Of a stretch of 64,000 nucleotides of DNA, positions 24,656-37,947 are shown piece by piece. The stretch covers positions 1,116,001 through 1,180,000 of the forward strand of contig OZ116711.1 of NCBI GenBank assembly GCA_964199315.1, written 5' to 3'. This DNA comes from Orbicella franksi. Lineage: Eukaryota. Made by a program: the position numbers and the translations under genes. The notes under the pieces are model-generated. The model had not been told where the DNA came from, made no database searches, and saw only the letters and a list, made by a program, of their open reading frames with translations. The stretch's first letter is position 1; each line of letters begins with the position of its first letter.

Positions 24656-27600
24656 CTGCACAATGAATTATATCAAGCAAGGTTTTCACTAGACAAGGCC
24701 TTGGCAGGACACAGATAAGCTGAATAGTAATGTACTTGCAAAGACCTGAAACAAAACACAGAAATAAGCACAAATGTCATTATTTTGTGGACCAAAATTT
24801 ACAGTGACTGCACTGTACATGTATGTCATAGATCTCTTAGTTTACCAAGTATTCTTGTCTGTGCAAAGTGCAGCTGAAAAAGTCTTTATCAAGGAAATTT
24901 GGGTTATACTTGTATATTACAGGTATCAGGAAGTTCACATGCAATACGATACACTAATTGTTATTGAACTAGGGGTAATTTATATCATGAAATAAATCAT
25001 GGTCATGGTCAGCACTCAGGATATATTGCACAATGTTGGTTGTTAATAGCTGTTATACTCAGTTTCTACCAATCATGCCCAGCTAGATAATTTTGATGTG
25101 TCAAACAAATTATGAAAGATTAATGGATTACAACAGACAGACTGATTTTGAGACTTTCAGTCTCCAGACCTCTTCACCCCTATCATATCATGAGCTAGAG
25201 GGCTCTTGAGTTATTTATAACAATACCCACATTCACGATATTTGCATTCAATTTGATGAAGAACTGAAGTGTAACTGTATTGCTCAACACTTTTACCACA
25301 TGCTTGACAAAGTACTTGAAATGTTTCTTTAATTAATATCTGCAGGTAATACTGAAACTGCAACCTTGAAACTGACATCAATCTTCTTCGGTGCAGGAAT
25401 CAAAATAGTAACACATATTATCCTTTTCAAAATTCTATGACGCAAATCATGGAATAATTATTATTCCACAATTTGCATCAGAGGAGAGAACTATTAATAA
25501 TGAATATGAAATATATATTGAGTCTCTTAAAAGGGAGGAACCTTACAACAAGTATTACTTTTAGCAGACAAATTTTTGTTAAGACATTTGTGGTACCTAA
25601 ATGAATGTTGCCAGCTGCAATTGCATCCATCGCTATTTTTAACCTGACGGATAACTAATTTCAGAACTTTAAAATCTAATAATGACCAGACATAAGTCAA
25701 TAACTCATAGGCTATCTACATAATTAATTGTCATTGATATTGCTAAGAAATAACCTTGTGATCACTCAGTGTTAGCAGTACATGTAAATGACTACACTTT
25801 GTGCCCACCAATCGTGGTTGGCCATACATTTAGATGTGTCAAACAAGTCCTTTTGATGTTAAGCTGTGAAGCGCTATTATTGTTCCCCTTGGTGTAATAT
25901 CCTTTTAGGTACACGTGTAGATGAGTGAATAGCAGCAACACCTGAACATTCTAAAATTGACCTCATTGCCTCAAGAAGACTAGAAAAATTGTGATTAGAG
26001 CATTGTGATGAACTCTGTCATGAAGAATACACATTCACCTACCAAGTCTCTACTTAAGTTAGCCATAATCTTTAAATTCATTATCATACATAGACAGACT
26101 GGTACTTAGATAAGGGGCAGTTGCTATATTAACAGCCAGCCAACCATGATGACCTCAGTCTCAAATTAATGCGCTCAGCACCTTGCTGACTGTGACTGAT
26201 CAGTCTTTCTTTCAGCACTAATGACATATGTACACATGCAAAACTAAGACACTTCTTCCTATAGATGAGAGGACAATTTTGTTTACTAAATAAAACAAAT
26301 TTTGGTTATAAATTGCATGTATCCTACACTATAGATTAGACCTTATGTATCATTGGCACTTTGGTCCCTGTAGTTATTTAATTACTTACAATGTTTACAA
26401 AGACGTCTGCAACCTTGACTATTTTGTATTCAATTTAAGCATCTCAAAATTAATATGCTTATCATAAGTAGCAGAAAATATTGCTCATGAGGAACACTTC
26501 AAAACATTTCACCCATTCCTCACCTTTCAGGCGTCAAATTTTAATTACAAACTGACCAATGGATCAAATGTTTTAGCACTAGTTAGAAATTAGAATACTG
26601 CTTATATTATACAAATATAACGTCGCTTATTCCAGACCTCAACTGACACCTATTTGGAATGTACTCTCTCATTCATTTTTAGTCAAAATAATTTTTTGAG
26701 AAAATATTTCTCAACAGACAACTTCTTTGGATATGTAACACCCTCCTAATCAAAGCCCTGTAAAACTAATTATTCTATATTAGATAAACAATTACATATT
26801 CTGCAAAGGCATTAAATTTGTCTGCACAAAACAAGCAGGTTCCACCATTGTCAAGAGAGTGAGCTACTACCAACTTTATATACCAAGTACAATCATAGTA
26901 CATTCTGAAAAAAATGTGCTTGATACTTTTCTTTGCAATACAGATTAAACAAGCAAGTCGTGACCAAAATACTGTGTACATAATTTGATTTAAACAGAAT
27001 GAAAACCTCATGGTTGTAGTATTGCTGAAAACAAAAACACAGACTTTTAAACCTTGCAGGTCAGAATCTTTTTCACTTGGCACAGGAATCAAAATCATAA
27101 GACTGTATAAACAGCCCCTTAAATAAAACAGATGCAATGAAAGATCAAAACTTGCACCTGGAAAGTGCAGTAAACAGCTGTGTTTTTGAATATCTATATG
27201 TGCATAGATATGAGGTCTTTGCCCATCACAGGCCAAGGCACAGCAGATATCTGATTCAGGTCGACATGGGTCAATTCATATTAATAGCAACCTATCTGAT
27301 CATCACACAATTTGCCGAAAATAACATTTACGACCAGCACCACAGAGAGTGAAACACTGATAATCCTAATCAACTATGGAATTCTGCTATACAATTTAAA
27401 TTGTGCAACTCAAAATTATGTTTACACAACTAAGATCTTGATAAATTAAACATATTTTCAACATCTCTATAAAACCATAGCAGCTGTGATGTTACTGAAT
27501 ATAAATAATGATATAAATCAAGGTAGGAAATACAACTGAATGAAATCAAATAATATTATTGCAGTTTAAATCATACTTATCTATCATTTCAATTATTAGT

Positions 27601-30600
27601 AGAAGAATTGAATTATTAAAGGGGTGGGGTGAACAAATAAATAATATTTATAGGAGTCCAATTTGGGCTTAAGAGACACTACAGATAATAGCTTCTTCTT
27701 TGTCGACTTTTTCTTGTTGAAGCATGTTACTATCAGAAAATGAATGAAGTAAATCTAATATTTTGTTGCTTGAGCAAAACGCTAAGAAATGGACATTGGT
27801 ATAATTAATCTCTTATTGCAAATTCTAATTTTCTGCTGATGTGAGCTGAGATGTCCATAGCCTACATGAAGTACTTTTTATCTGAAACCATCGTAAACAA
27901 ATGAGATTCATTTTGGTTGGAAGTATGAAAACTACTATCAATTTGCTGGCTGATCCAACGAAATAACAAAAATAATCCTCTTATCAGAAAGATGAACTGA
28001 AGAAATAGGGATCGGAAATACCTTAGACAAGACAACATGGACTCCCTGTCAGTTCAAGGCTATAGAATTAGCGGCCAAAACAAATAAACTGATGAACGGT
28101 ATGTGCAAGTCATGCTTACAAGCGGAGAACACAACCTCGGGATCTATACATCACTGATTTTCCTCGTTTAATTCACGTCATACTAACGAAACAGAACGTT
28201 GCGGAAGAAGCTCGTAACAATGCTTCGCACGAAATTTCCGTGGACGAGTGACCTTGGTTGTCAAAATTGTCACGAACCGACAGTTAAATATAGACAGACC
28301 ACTGTGACATGAATTTTCCTCGACATCCAGGGTTTTAGCAGTCCAGATAAAGAAGAAAGTATTGAGCTAACTATATCATAGACGATCGTTTAGCTATTTT
28401 CGGGAAACGACCACATAATCTGGAACAATAAGGAAACGTTGTGTCGCAAATCGAAATTTGATCGCATCGCGAGTGACGCATATGACACAGAGTGCGTACG
28501 AAAAACTGAAAATGATCAAATTCTCACCAACTTAGAATAATTCTGGCGGATAACCAGAATTTATTACACTAGTTTACAGTGCACCGAGTCAGTTCATCTT
28601 TAATATCAGAGTCTGTGAGCAAACTGTCCGCTAAAAAACACCACCAAAAATAAATCCGACCGCTTACTGCGTTGCGTACGGTTTCTAAGCTGAACTCACC
28701 TCGTCCGTGATTTTTTGTCGTCAAATTATGTGCCTCCGTCGATCGTAATCGTTGTAAACTAACTTTTGAAACTGAGTTAGCTACGTTTCAGAGGATATTA
28801 ACTCAGCTCCCGAAAATTCCAGTACACTCACTCGAGATAAGCTTCCTCCTCTATCAACTCACACTGAACATTGCGCGATCCGGAACTCCGCTTCGAAACA
28901 CCAAACACTTATCTATTCTCTGATTGGTCACTCGCAAACTAATGACTTATCATTGGTATTTGCAAGATAATAGAGTGTTGGAAGCCATTGAAAAGCGGCA
29001 AAGCTTGATAAAGGGTTTCTTTTGTTCTCAACAATCAGCATTACACGTGAAATTTTAATTTTGATTTCAAAATAGAGATAATAAAGTTTTTGAAAGAGGT
29101 GTCATGGCTCCCCTCATCACTTGCGTTCATAAATATACCACCCTGGTTGCAAGAGTGTAAACTGTTGGTACCCGGAGCTGGTAAATTAAGCTGAAAATTT
29201 ATCAAATTTTCTGATCTTCAGGTATAAACCTGATATAACAAGGCGATATTGTATTTATGGTAGACTAAATTCTTAGAGTATGACCATTGACAAATGTATC
29301 AGAATTTGGTTGATCGTAAATCTAAGAGTGAAAAGTCCCCATCCCCTAGATCTCCCACTAGATCAACATAATGTAAAGTGTAAAACAGTAAATGAAAAAA
29401 AAAAGTACTAAACTACAAAGGATCAATACATTGAGCCCCTATACTTTGTGGGTGGTCCATATATACAGATTCAAGAACCTTGAAGAACCCTTTTAGCATA
29501 AACACGATATTCTCTACGTGGTACAATTTTTTGTTTTTATCCTATTATTTAAAGGCTGGTTTATAAATTAAAATTTAAATCTATATAAACTGTGAAGATC
29601 ACTCTCCTTCCATAGTTTTGGTACAAATAGTTTCAAAAGACATTCTACAATGTTTTCCTGATGCTCTGATCAGCTACTAAAACTCAAGATACCCGTCATT
29701 ATTCACCAGTCTATGAGTTGCATGCAAATCCCAGGTGTGGTGAGGGGCGGGGGATTGGAACCCCATGAGAAAAGGTTGGGGATGCTAATCATCTTGCCCA
29801 GGGGTGTAAATCAGATTTTGGACTCACTAAAGGAGTCTAGGATGAAACGCCACCGTATTTTTAACCATGAAGGTGTCTATTAGAGTGCACTTGAAGTAAT
29901 ACATAAAAAGGCTCTCATTTCCTTTTAGCCTGTGTCTCAGCCTCCTCTCCCTGGAAAAAAAATCAGAGATTTTTTTTCCGGGGAGATGCGGCTGGGACAA
30001 AGGCTAATTTCCTTTTTGAGTGCTATCATTTAAGGGTCAAATAAAGCTCTAGCCATGGCCAGATAATTTAGTCTCCTTTAGAAGTTTAAATTAAATTTTC
30101 CAACAAACATCCCAACCTTCTCACATGTACGTCCCTCACTGGGATGCAAATATATACCATCCTTTATCACTGTTATACAGTGAAACCCAATCTTCCAATC
30201 ACCTCATTATTTTACTGGCACTATCAATAAACCCATTAATACCCCCATGCCATTGATACACCCAGATCTTGCTGGCCCATGAATGATGAGATAAATGGAG
30301 TACAACAATATTTTGTCAACAAAAAAATCTTCATTAAACCAATAAATTACACTGGCTAGTGCAGAAAAGAAGATATTCACCTTGTCACCTATGAGTGACA
30401 AAACAAAAAGCTTGCATTCACAAAAGTGAGTCTTTCCAATTTCCCAAAAATTGGTTAGGGAGATCAATGATCACGACACAATCTCAAGAGTCAACCTTTA
30501 TTTCTTCTTCATTCAACAAACCACACCTTATCTTGTTATAATAAATTATACCTAAACTGTATAAAAACTTAACAATACATTTCTCTCCCAACTACATTGA

Positions 30601-31889
30601 ACCTCAACTAAAATTAAAGGTACCTCTGAGATTTCAATTACTCCATCACCCAAAAAGTAAAGGGGCTCATTAAACTTTACTGTCCAAAAGCACCTATATT
30701 GCCCCTTACCTCAAGCACAGTGAGGATTAATTGGCATTCAGGATATTTTTTAAGCCACTAGGAAAATATTTTGTAAGACATTTCTCCAGTTTTAAGCAGA
30801 GAAGATATACAGTCAACTAGTAAAATCAAATCTGCCTAAAGTTCCAAGTGAAGACCATATCAAAATCCAATTTCTCCTTACAATAGTTATCAATACACAG
30901 TCAAGCAGGCCATTACCAAACACAACAGCAAAAAGTATGGTCAATTTGGTTGGGGATATTTTAGGGCACAGACAAATTCTTAGAACTAATATTGAAAGAG
31001 AAAGCGACAAAGAAAAAAATCTGAGTCTTAACATTACAGGATTTGAAATCAAGATACTCCAGGATACTAGTCGGGTGAGCTGACCACTGAGCTCAATGGA
31101 GACTGCCGTTGAGCTAGGTCATTTACTACGTTCATATGTGACATGCGTTCTCCATTTTGCCAGGATCAGCAATGATGAAAGTATTATGTGTGGTGAAAAA
31201 ATAATGAAAGATGGAAGAAATTAAATGATGGTCAGTAACTTGGACAATCAACCTAACCCGAAAGGATATATATTTTAACAGTATACTGTGACAGATATGA
31301 TAATATTATGATTTGTTTTATATTTACATTTACTGCAAGACCCCTCTGAATAAATAGTAAACTTTATCCTCTCCAAGCCTTAACATTATTACATTGGACT
31401 GAAACTGTTAAAAATGATGTCCAAGTTGTGTAATAAATTGTTGCTTTGCAACACAGTTTTTCCATATTAGAAAAAAATGCCTCCAACTGAGTTGTTGGAC
31501 ACGCATTCCTTCTTCTGGATTGTACTTTGGCCTAGAATACTCTGACAAGTATGTTCTCTTCAAGTTTTCTAAATATTAAGGAGAGATTAAAAAATAGATA
31601 AACTAAAGTTAGTCATCTTTCCCCAACTTGATTTAATAAAAAGCATGCCATCACATATTGCAGATGTTGCATTAATTTATTGGTTGGAAATACCATCATA
31701 AAATCCAGAAAATCAAAATAAATATTATAAAAAAAGAGGCAGATTGGTTAATGTTGGGCAAACATTGCCAGATACAGAAAAACTGCATAATTATTATGAG
31801 CTGTTAGTTATGAGCTCTAGTCAAATATATCACAATAACAATGGTAGTAATTAATAATAAAAAGTAAGGCTGACCTTAAGTTAGAATGA

Positions 31890-34800
31890 CTAAGTAGTTG
31901 CAGTTATGTTTCCAGCTGTTGGAGTCGGCACTGTGCTTTGCTCAGGCGGAGCATGGAAAAAATATAGCTGCGACAGAAAAAGGAAAAACACCATTGAAAA
32001 TCGTGACATTTTCAACAAAAAGTCAAGTTTCCTTTGAACTTGTGGAAATGCAAGGTTATCGGTCTTGGGAATTAATACTGTTTATTGTAAATCTCTGTTG
32101 TCTTTTTCCCTGTTTCAGGAAATCTTGAGCATTGCAATCACAAGAAGTCTGTTGCCTTGACATAAAACATATCATACAAAACCTAAAAAAATTCTTTGAG
32201 CGTCTCGAAACTTGAAACTCAATACTCCAAACTCCAAACTCCAAACTCGAGCCTCAAAACTCGATTCTCGATTCTCGAAAGCATTGAGGATCGAGGATCG
32301 AGTTTCAAGTCGAGACTGTCAACTTACATTTGACCGGTACTGCATAATCATGCAGATGCCATAGCAATAACTATACTACTTTGCAATGCGCTGTTCTAGA
32401 AAATATCCTTACTCCCCCCACAGAAGGGATTGGAATTTCCTGGGGGTGGAGGGTGCAGTAAGACCTAAAAATTTAAAGAAATGTATGACACTTAATTGGA
32501 ATTTCCAGAGGGGTGAAATATTTTCTGGAACTACACAATACATGTTCTGAGTGCATAGAGTTCCTATCTTCATTTTGAGCCAATCTATTGAACATAGAGA
32601 AATTCAAAGACAGTTTAGTGGCCAAACTAGGAATAAGGGTTTCTGTACAATGTACCTTAAATCCTACAGCTAAAAGCCCATGTACAAGAAATATGGCTGC
32701 CAGAATAATGCCAGCTACCTGAAAACAACAAATGATAATGACATACTGAATGGGGGAAATAACAAAACAAAACAAAACAATGAATGTGAGTACTGTTCAT
32801 TACTATATCTCTCAGTTAGTAGGCATGCTGCGATTGGTCAATTTGGCAAGCCATATTCTACCGTACGGCCCGCTAAAATTTAAACCTGTTTCTGTTGCCA
32901 AAATGTTTCATGCTTTATCCCCAAGAGGTCATAACGTTTTTAGCAAGTAAAAGTTTAAAACTCACTTTTATTTCTGAAATTGTGTATTAAAACCTGCTAA
33001 AGACTTAAGAGTCACTTAACAATGATTTCAAATTGACTCATTTTGCTTTCGACATGCGTCAGAAATTTGAAGCCGTTCCGTGTGAATAAACATTGTTCCC
33101 AAACCCATCCGACACACAGTAGCGATATGATAAATATCTTACTAAGTTAACCTTGTTTTGTCAGTCCATACTGTAAGTTACGGATCCTTGTTTTTCCCGT
33201 TCCATTTGCGACTCATGCACTTTACACTTGGGCCATAAATCAATGGGGAAAAAAACTTGGTCCCTAACTTACAGTATGGCCCGTGACCTTGGTTAGTAAG
33301 AGATATATAAAAGGGACCACTAGGGACCTTAATATAGAGTAAAAAAGAGGATTGAAAGACTTGGCTGTCAAATGGTTCTCTGAGCATTACTCGCACCTTT
33401 TTGTCATCATCTTCAACTGCTGGCCAAAAGGTTAATAACAGCACAGAACCTGAAAGATTTTGGTTCAATAAACTCAATGTTGTGACTGAAATTTTTTTTC
33501 ATGTGTCATGAAAAAGAAAAAATTTAGAAAACATGAACTACAAGAAAGTGTTTCTAATAACAATAATAATACACTGCAATTTGATTACATAACATTTAAA
33601 CCAGTTTTGTGCATGTGCAGGAACTCAAGTACACTGTACATTGTCTCAACCTCAATCTTTAGCATTTTGATACCGTGGAAATTTGGTAAAGGAAAAAAAC
33701 CTTCATTTCTGTTGTTGTAACCTGATAAAGATCACGGTACATCATTTTGCTCCACCAGATTGCTTTAAATACCCTTGTCTGGGGCTCACCTTTTTTATTC
33801 TACGTAATCTAAAAGTACAATGATAAGACTATGATCTGTATCACTGAACAAAGACAGAGAAATGGAGGTTGTACTCTTCAAATCATGATGCTCTCATCTT
33901 AGAGAAATTGATATGACATACACATCCCTTGTGATGACTTTACCTGATAATATCATTCCGATCATAACAAGAAGCCACCTTAGCCATTCCAGCGGAGCAA
34001 CCCATAATATCTGGGAAACAGAAAAGTTTAACTTTTATTTGTTTAAGTTTAATTTAAGTAATTACGTAAATAATATTGCAATTAAGCAGTCTGTTCATTC
34101 TTTAGCGTCCCCATTTTCAGCTTGATCTGGGGTCTAACATACTGGTAGATGTGGATAGGTAACACAAGTTTGAACCAATGAAGTCAAATGGAAGTACATG
34201 CAAGTGTTGCAAAAACTATCACAGCATTTCCAACTTACTGAAATTGGGATATATATGGACAAAGAATAACCATAAACACAAAGGATTTCCAGAAATGAAT
34301 ATCCAGCATTGCTTCTTCTCCAAAGAAGAAGTCCCCAGAGGAGAGCAGGAATAATGAAGGCATATGAGTAGATAGCCGCTGCAGCTAGTGTCACTGCAAT
34401 AAATGACAAGCAGACCAATGGTGAGAAAAAATGAAGTAATCAGCTCCCGGACAAATTGTCCATTTCCTCTATGAGACGTGCCTGCAGGGAATAGTGGTAC
34501 TTGTATTCATCAAAACAATTTAACATCCTGTCCAAGATGATGAATACAACCACCATGATTCCTTGCAGGTGCATCTTAAAGAGGGAATTAGCCATTAGCA
34601 CCAATAAATTTTGAAACATGACGTATACCTTTGTGGAAGTCATAAACCCACTGGTGATCTCCAGTATTGATAAGGTAACTTGCAAGATTACCAGCTATTG
34701 CCGTTGTGAATACTAATGTCGCACACACCCAGAATGGACCTGAAAAATAAAATACATAAAGGAGATGATCATTAATTTTGAAGCTAGGTTGACCACAGTG

Positions 34801-37800
34801 CATCAAACAATGGTAGCTTTGATTTGTTCTCAGAGCTCAGTAGTGTCAGCTCTATGACAGTGAACTTGGATTAGGAAGTGCTAGAGCAGGATAGGAACCA
34901 TCCTCAATTGCAGACGTTCCATAAGATCAAGTATGGCACAGCTGGGATAAAATGTCCACCTGAAGTTCAACCTTTGTAGTGAAACACCAGGTTGCCAAAT
35001 CCCCATCCTTATTGCCACCTACAGTACACTGTCAACAGTTTAAAATAACCTTAACTTTATAGTTGATCAGGCAAATTGAGGCAGTGTCAAACAAGATAAC
35101 CAATAATTTTGCCCTACATTGTGGAACATCGATTCAAAATTACTTACATGTAGCAAAAGAAGCCAGACTCTGAGAGGCTTGCAGGTAAGATTTCTTTTTT
35201 AATTGGTGTAAGTAACATGTTTGCTAAAATGTTGTTTAGGTAATGCATTATTTGCTTAATTAAAAGATACTACATTCGCTAGTAAATAAATGTTACCATA
35301 AAGATCAGGATTAGGACGGATAAAAGAAACAAGGTAATTTTTCTTGTATACTGGAACCATTGAGCCAATAATCCTCCTGATGACCTGAAAACAAATGTAA
35401 GGGCTGGGTTATTTCAAACTCTCAAAATATCTGCTCAGTTTGCTGGACTAACAATAACCCACAACCTTCTAGAAAAATGCATTTAAATAATTCCCACGGT
35501 AGTAAGAAATCAACATCATTTGTTCTTACACTTGCAATCTCCTTGTTTCTAATGCTGAAGCAAGACAATTGTGCCAAATACTTCAATATTTGAATTCTTT
35601 ACACTACAAGCTCAAAGGTACACAGTTGTGGTTACAGAGTATTTCTATATTCAGATCAACTTTGCAATAAATTTCTAAACAAGATAAAAAAACTAACCCC
35701 CCAGTACACTAACTGGCAAGCTAACTTCTTGAAATATAATACTAATCAACATGCTTTACAAGGGTTCTGTGTAAATGTCTGAATTATTACATGATGGCTC
35801 ACATTTTTGGAAAGTGTAGTTTTCAATTTCATATAATTTATCAATTACAACCGAAGGAGTTTGATTGTTTTATCTTTTTGCACAAGCTATACCATAACAG
35901 TCCCGCATACACATTATAGATGTACTTCCAGACAAATTTCCTCAGATGATGAGTTCCATTACCTTTTTTTTATACAAGGACACATAACTCATCCTACTTA
36001 CTTGGTATGAGTCAACATCAAAGAAGGTTTGGTAATACTCAAATGTCCAAAATGGTGGTTGTTTCCTTTGACCAGCCAAAAGCTACAAAGATATTCAATA
36101 GAATAATAGTAGTCAAGATGAAATGATTAAATTATTATGCAACTAAATTACAACAGCAAGGTGTCAAGTCTGTGTATTAACAAAATATAACTGTTATTTT
36201 CATAAAAATAAATAAAATATCTTGCTAACCTCTGTTTTGTCTTCTTCATCATCTGTGAATGAAATTGAAGCGATGAATGATTGAGTGGAAAAGGAACAAT
36301 GTCAGCAAACAATATCATTGAGCAAAAAGCCTGTTCAATTGCTAGTTTTGTACTGATTCAATGTTTTAACATCATGTGTGCTTCTCACTGACAAAGGAAA
36401 AAACTCTCTACATGGTCCAACAGTGTAGTGGCAACATTTTACATGAATAAAAAAGTCAGTGAATAAAAATTTATAAATATATATATATATATATATAAAT
36501 CTATCCTTTGATGAGCTTACATTTAATTGGTGCATAATTTTGTAATCTTTTAACACAATAATCCTTTTGGTAAAGAATTACAGCAACGTTTTATTATCTT
36601 TTCAAAGTGGCCAATTACGATTAGGTGGTCTGAATTTCAGTCCTCCTCTGGTAGGTTACCCCAAAAGAGCCTGTGGACCTGGCTGAAATTTAAGTAACCT
36701 ATCAAGTTGTTCTTGCACTCCTCATAAACACAAGATTAACAACAATAAGAACTACCATCAGAGAAATCTTCTAGCGAGTGTGTTCCAATTTTGCCAGGGA
36801 CTGTGGTTCCCGGTTCTTCGTCAATGTTACCCACAGTGTTGAGGTTATTTATGTCATCTACTTTGGTGAAGTCTACAAGGAAAAAGCACACACCAAGTCA
36901 ATGAAGGAAAGACATCCTTCAGGCCCATTTCATCCAATTAGTGAAGCAAGATCATCTGGCATTATTAGACAACTTTCAATCAAGCAAAGTGTAGCTTAAG
37001 TGTTAAATAACATTTTTCAGGACTTGCTGTATATAAATGACCAAACTAGCCAATCTACTATTTTATGCATCAGTTAAACCATGTGCAGCTTAAGCCACTA
37101 AATAAACTGAAATACTTGGGAAATAGATGTTAATTACACAAACCTTGGAATTTGAAGTCATCACTGACATCGCCTGCATCTTCCATCTGAGTAAGCAAGT
37201 TGATGATCACAAATTAGTTCCATTTATACATCACACCTTACTAATAAGGGGTTGTCAACATATTCACTTGTTCCCCGCTTATCATCAACTGGATGTTTAG
37301 GTCAGACCCTCCCTACATCCACTTGGAGTTTTGCTACCTAAAGATTCACTACATTACAGTCGCCACAGGTTAGGGTACTAACGTACCGCCACGTTTTTAA
37401 ACTCCTTTAAGCTCATCTATTGGCCAGTGGCATTCTACTTTCTAGTTTATACCTCAGCCCTTTAGTGTGACTTTGACCTGTGTGCAAACGTTAATTAATT
37501 ATAACCACTTGAATTCGCTACAAAGTTTATTCAGGAAAGACCAGTTGCACATCAAAATAAATGCAATCAAAATAAGTCTTAAATGCAAATTTGGTGATTA
37601 TCTTTGCTCGATCAATCAAAAGCTTAGCTTCTGCACAAGTTATGTTCAAGAGGTTAAAATATCACCATTATATTTGGAATATCAAACCAAGAGTACCTTA
37701 ATGAACAAAAATCCTATAGTTTATCACTCAATGCAAATTTTAGCCGAAAAGAAAATGATAAACGCCTGTATAGTTACCTTTACGTCCACAAGACCAACCT

Positions 37801-37819
37801 CATCATCACTTTCCGCCAT
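31890..37819 (-). CDS. YIPF1: Yip1 domain family Golgi membrane protein (YIPF1/YIPF2 ortholog)
   Basis: 12 exons: 37819-37778, 37186-37144, 36872-36756, 36252-36230, 36082-36002, 35384-35297, 34739-34629, 34393-34239, 34010-33944, 33449-33397, 32718-32656, 31967-31890. They total 921 nt = 306 aa + stop. Motifs include LLAGQRKQPPFWTFEYYQTFFDVD, NPDLYGPFWVCATLVF, YSFLEILCVYGYSL and TFWPAV. Confidence 0.95.
32196..32342. repeat. Interspersed repeat with 7-bp periodic ctc(g/c)aaa / gatcgag units
   Basis: ctcgaaa cttgaaa ctcaata ctccaaa ctccaaa ctccaaa ctcgagc..., followed by gaggatcgaggatcgag. Confidence 0.7.
32387..32537. mobile_element. MITE of the 'agaaaatatccatac' TIR family
   Basis: gttctagaaaatatccttactccccccacagaagggattggaatttcc...atattttctggaactacaca. 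Confidence 0.7.
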
Positions 37820-37947
37820 GTTGGATTTTCTTGCTGCGCTAAAGCGCATGCGATCAGTAACAAAGCCGCTGTTTGCTTGTCCACGTGGATAAAATTCGCG
37901 GGTAATTTACATGTCAAAGATATCGAAGGCTATTTTCTCTTACTTTT
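37820..37947. promoter_or_regulatory. Compact bidirectional promoter between YIPF1 and the HIS trifunctional gene
   Basis: Only 128 bp separate the divergent ATGs (37819 on -, 37948 on +). The interval contains GCGCATGCG (NRF1-like, 37844-37852) and the perfect palindrome TCCACGTGGA (E-box, 37880-37889). A YY1-like CAACATGGCGG overlaps the YIPF1 start. Motif function is inferred. Confidence 0.65.

Noticed and set aside
26775-27236. 153-aa minus-strand ORF
   Set aside because: It has no recognisable motifs and intron-like composition. Only a 50-nt internal candidate exon (27102-27053) has splice sites.
32196-32342. CRISPR-like periodic array
   Set aside because: It has 7-bp units without unique spacers, in a eukaryotic intron with no cas genes.
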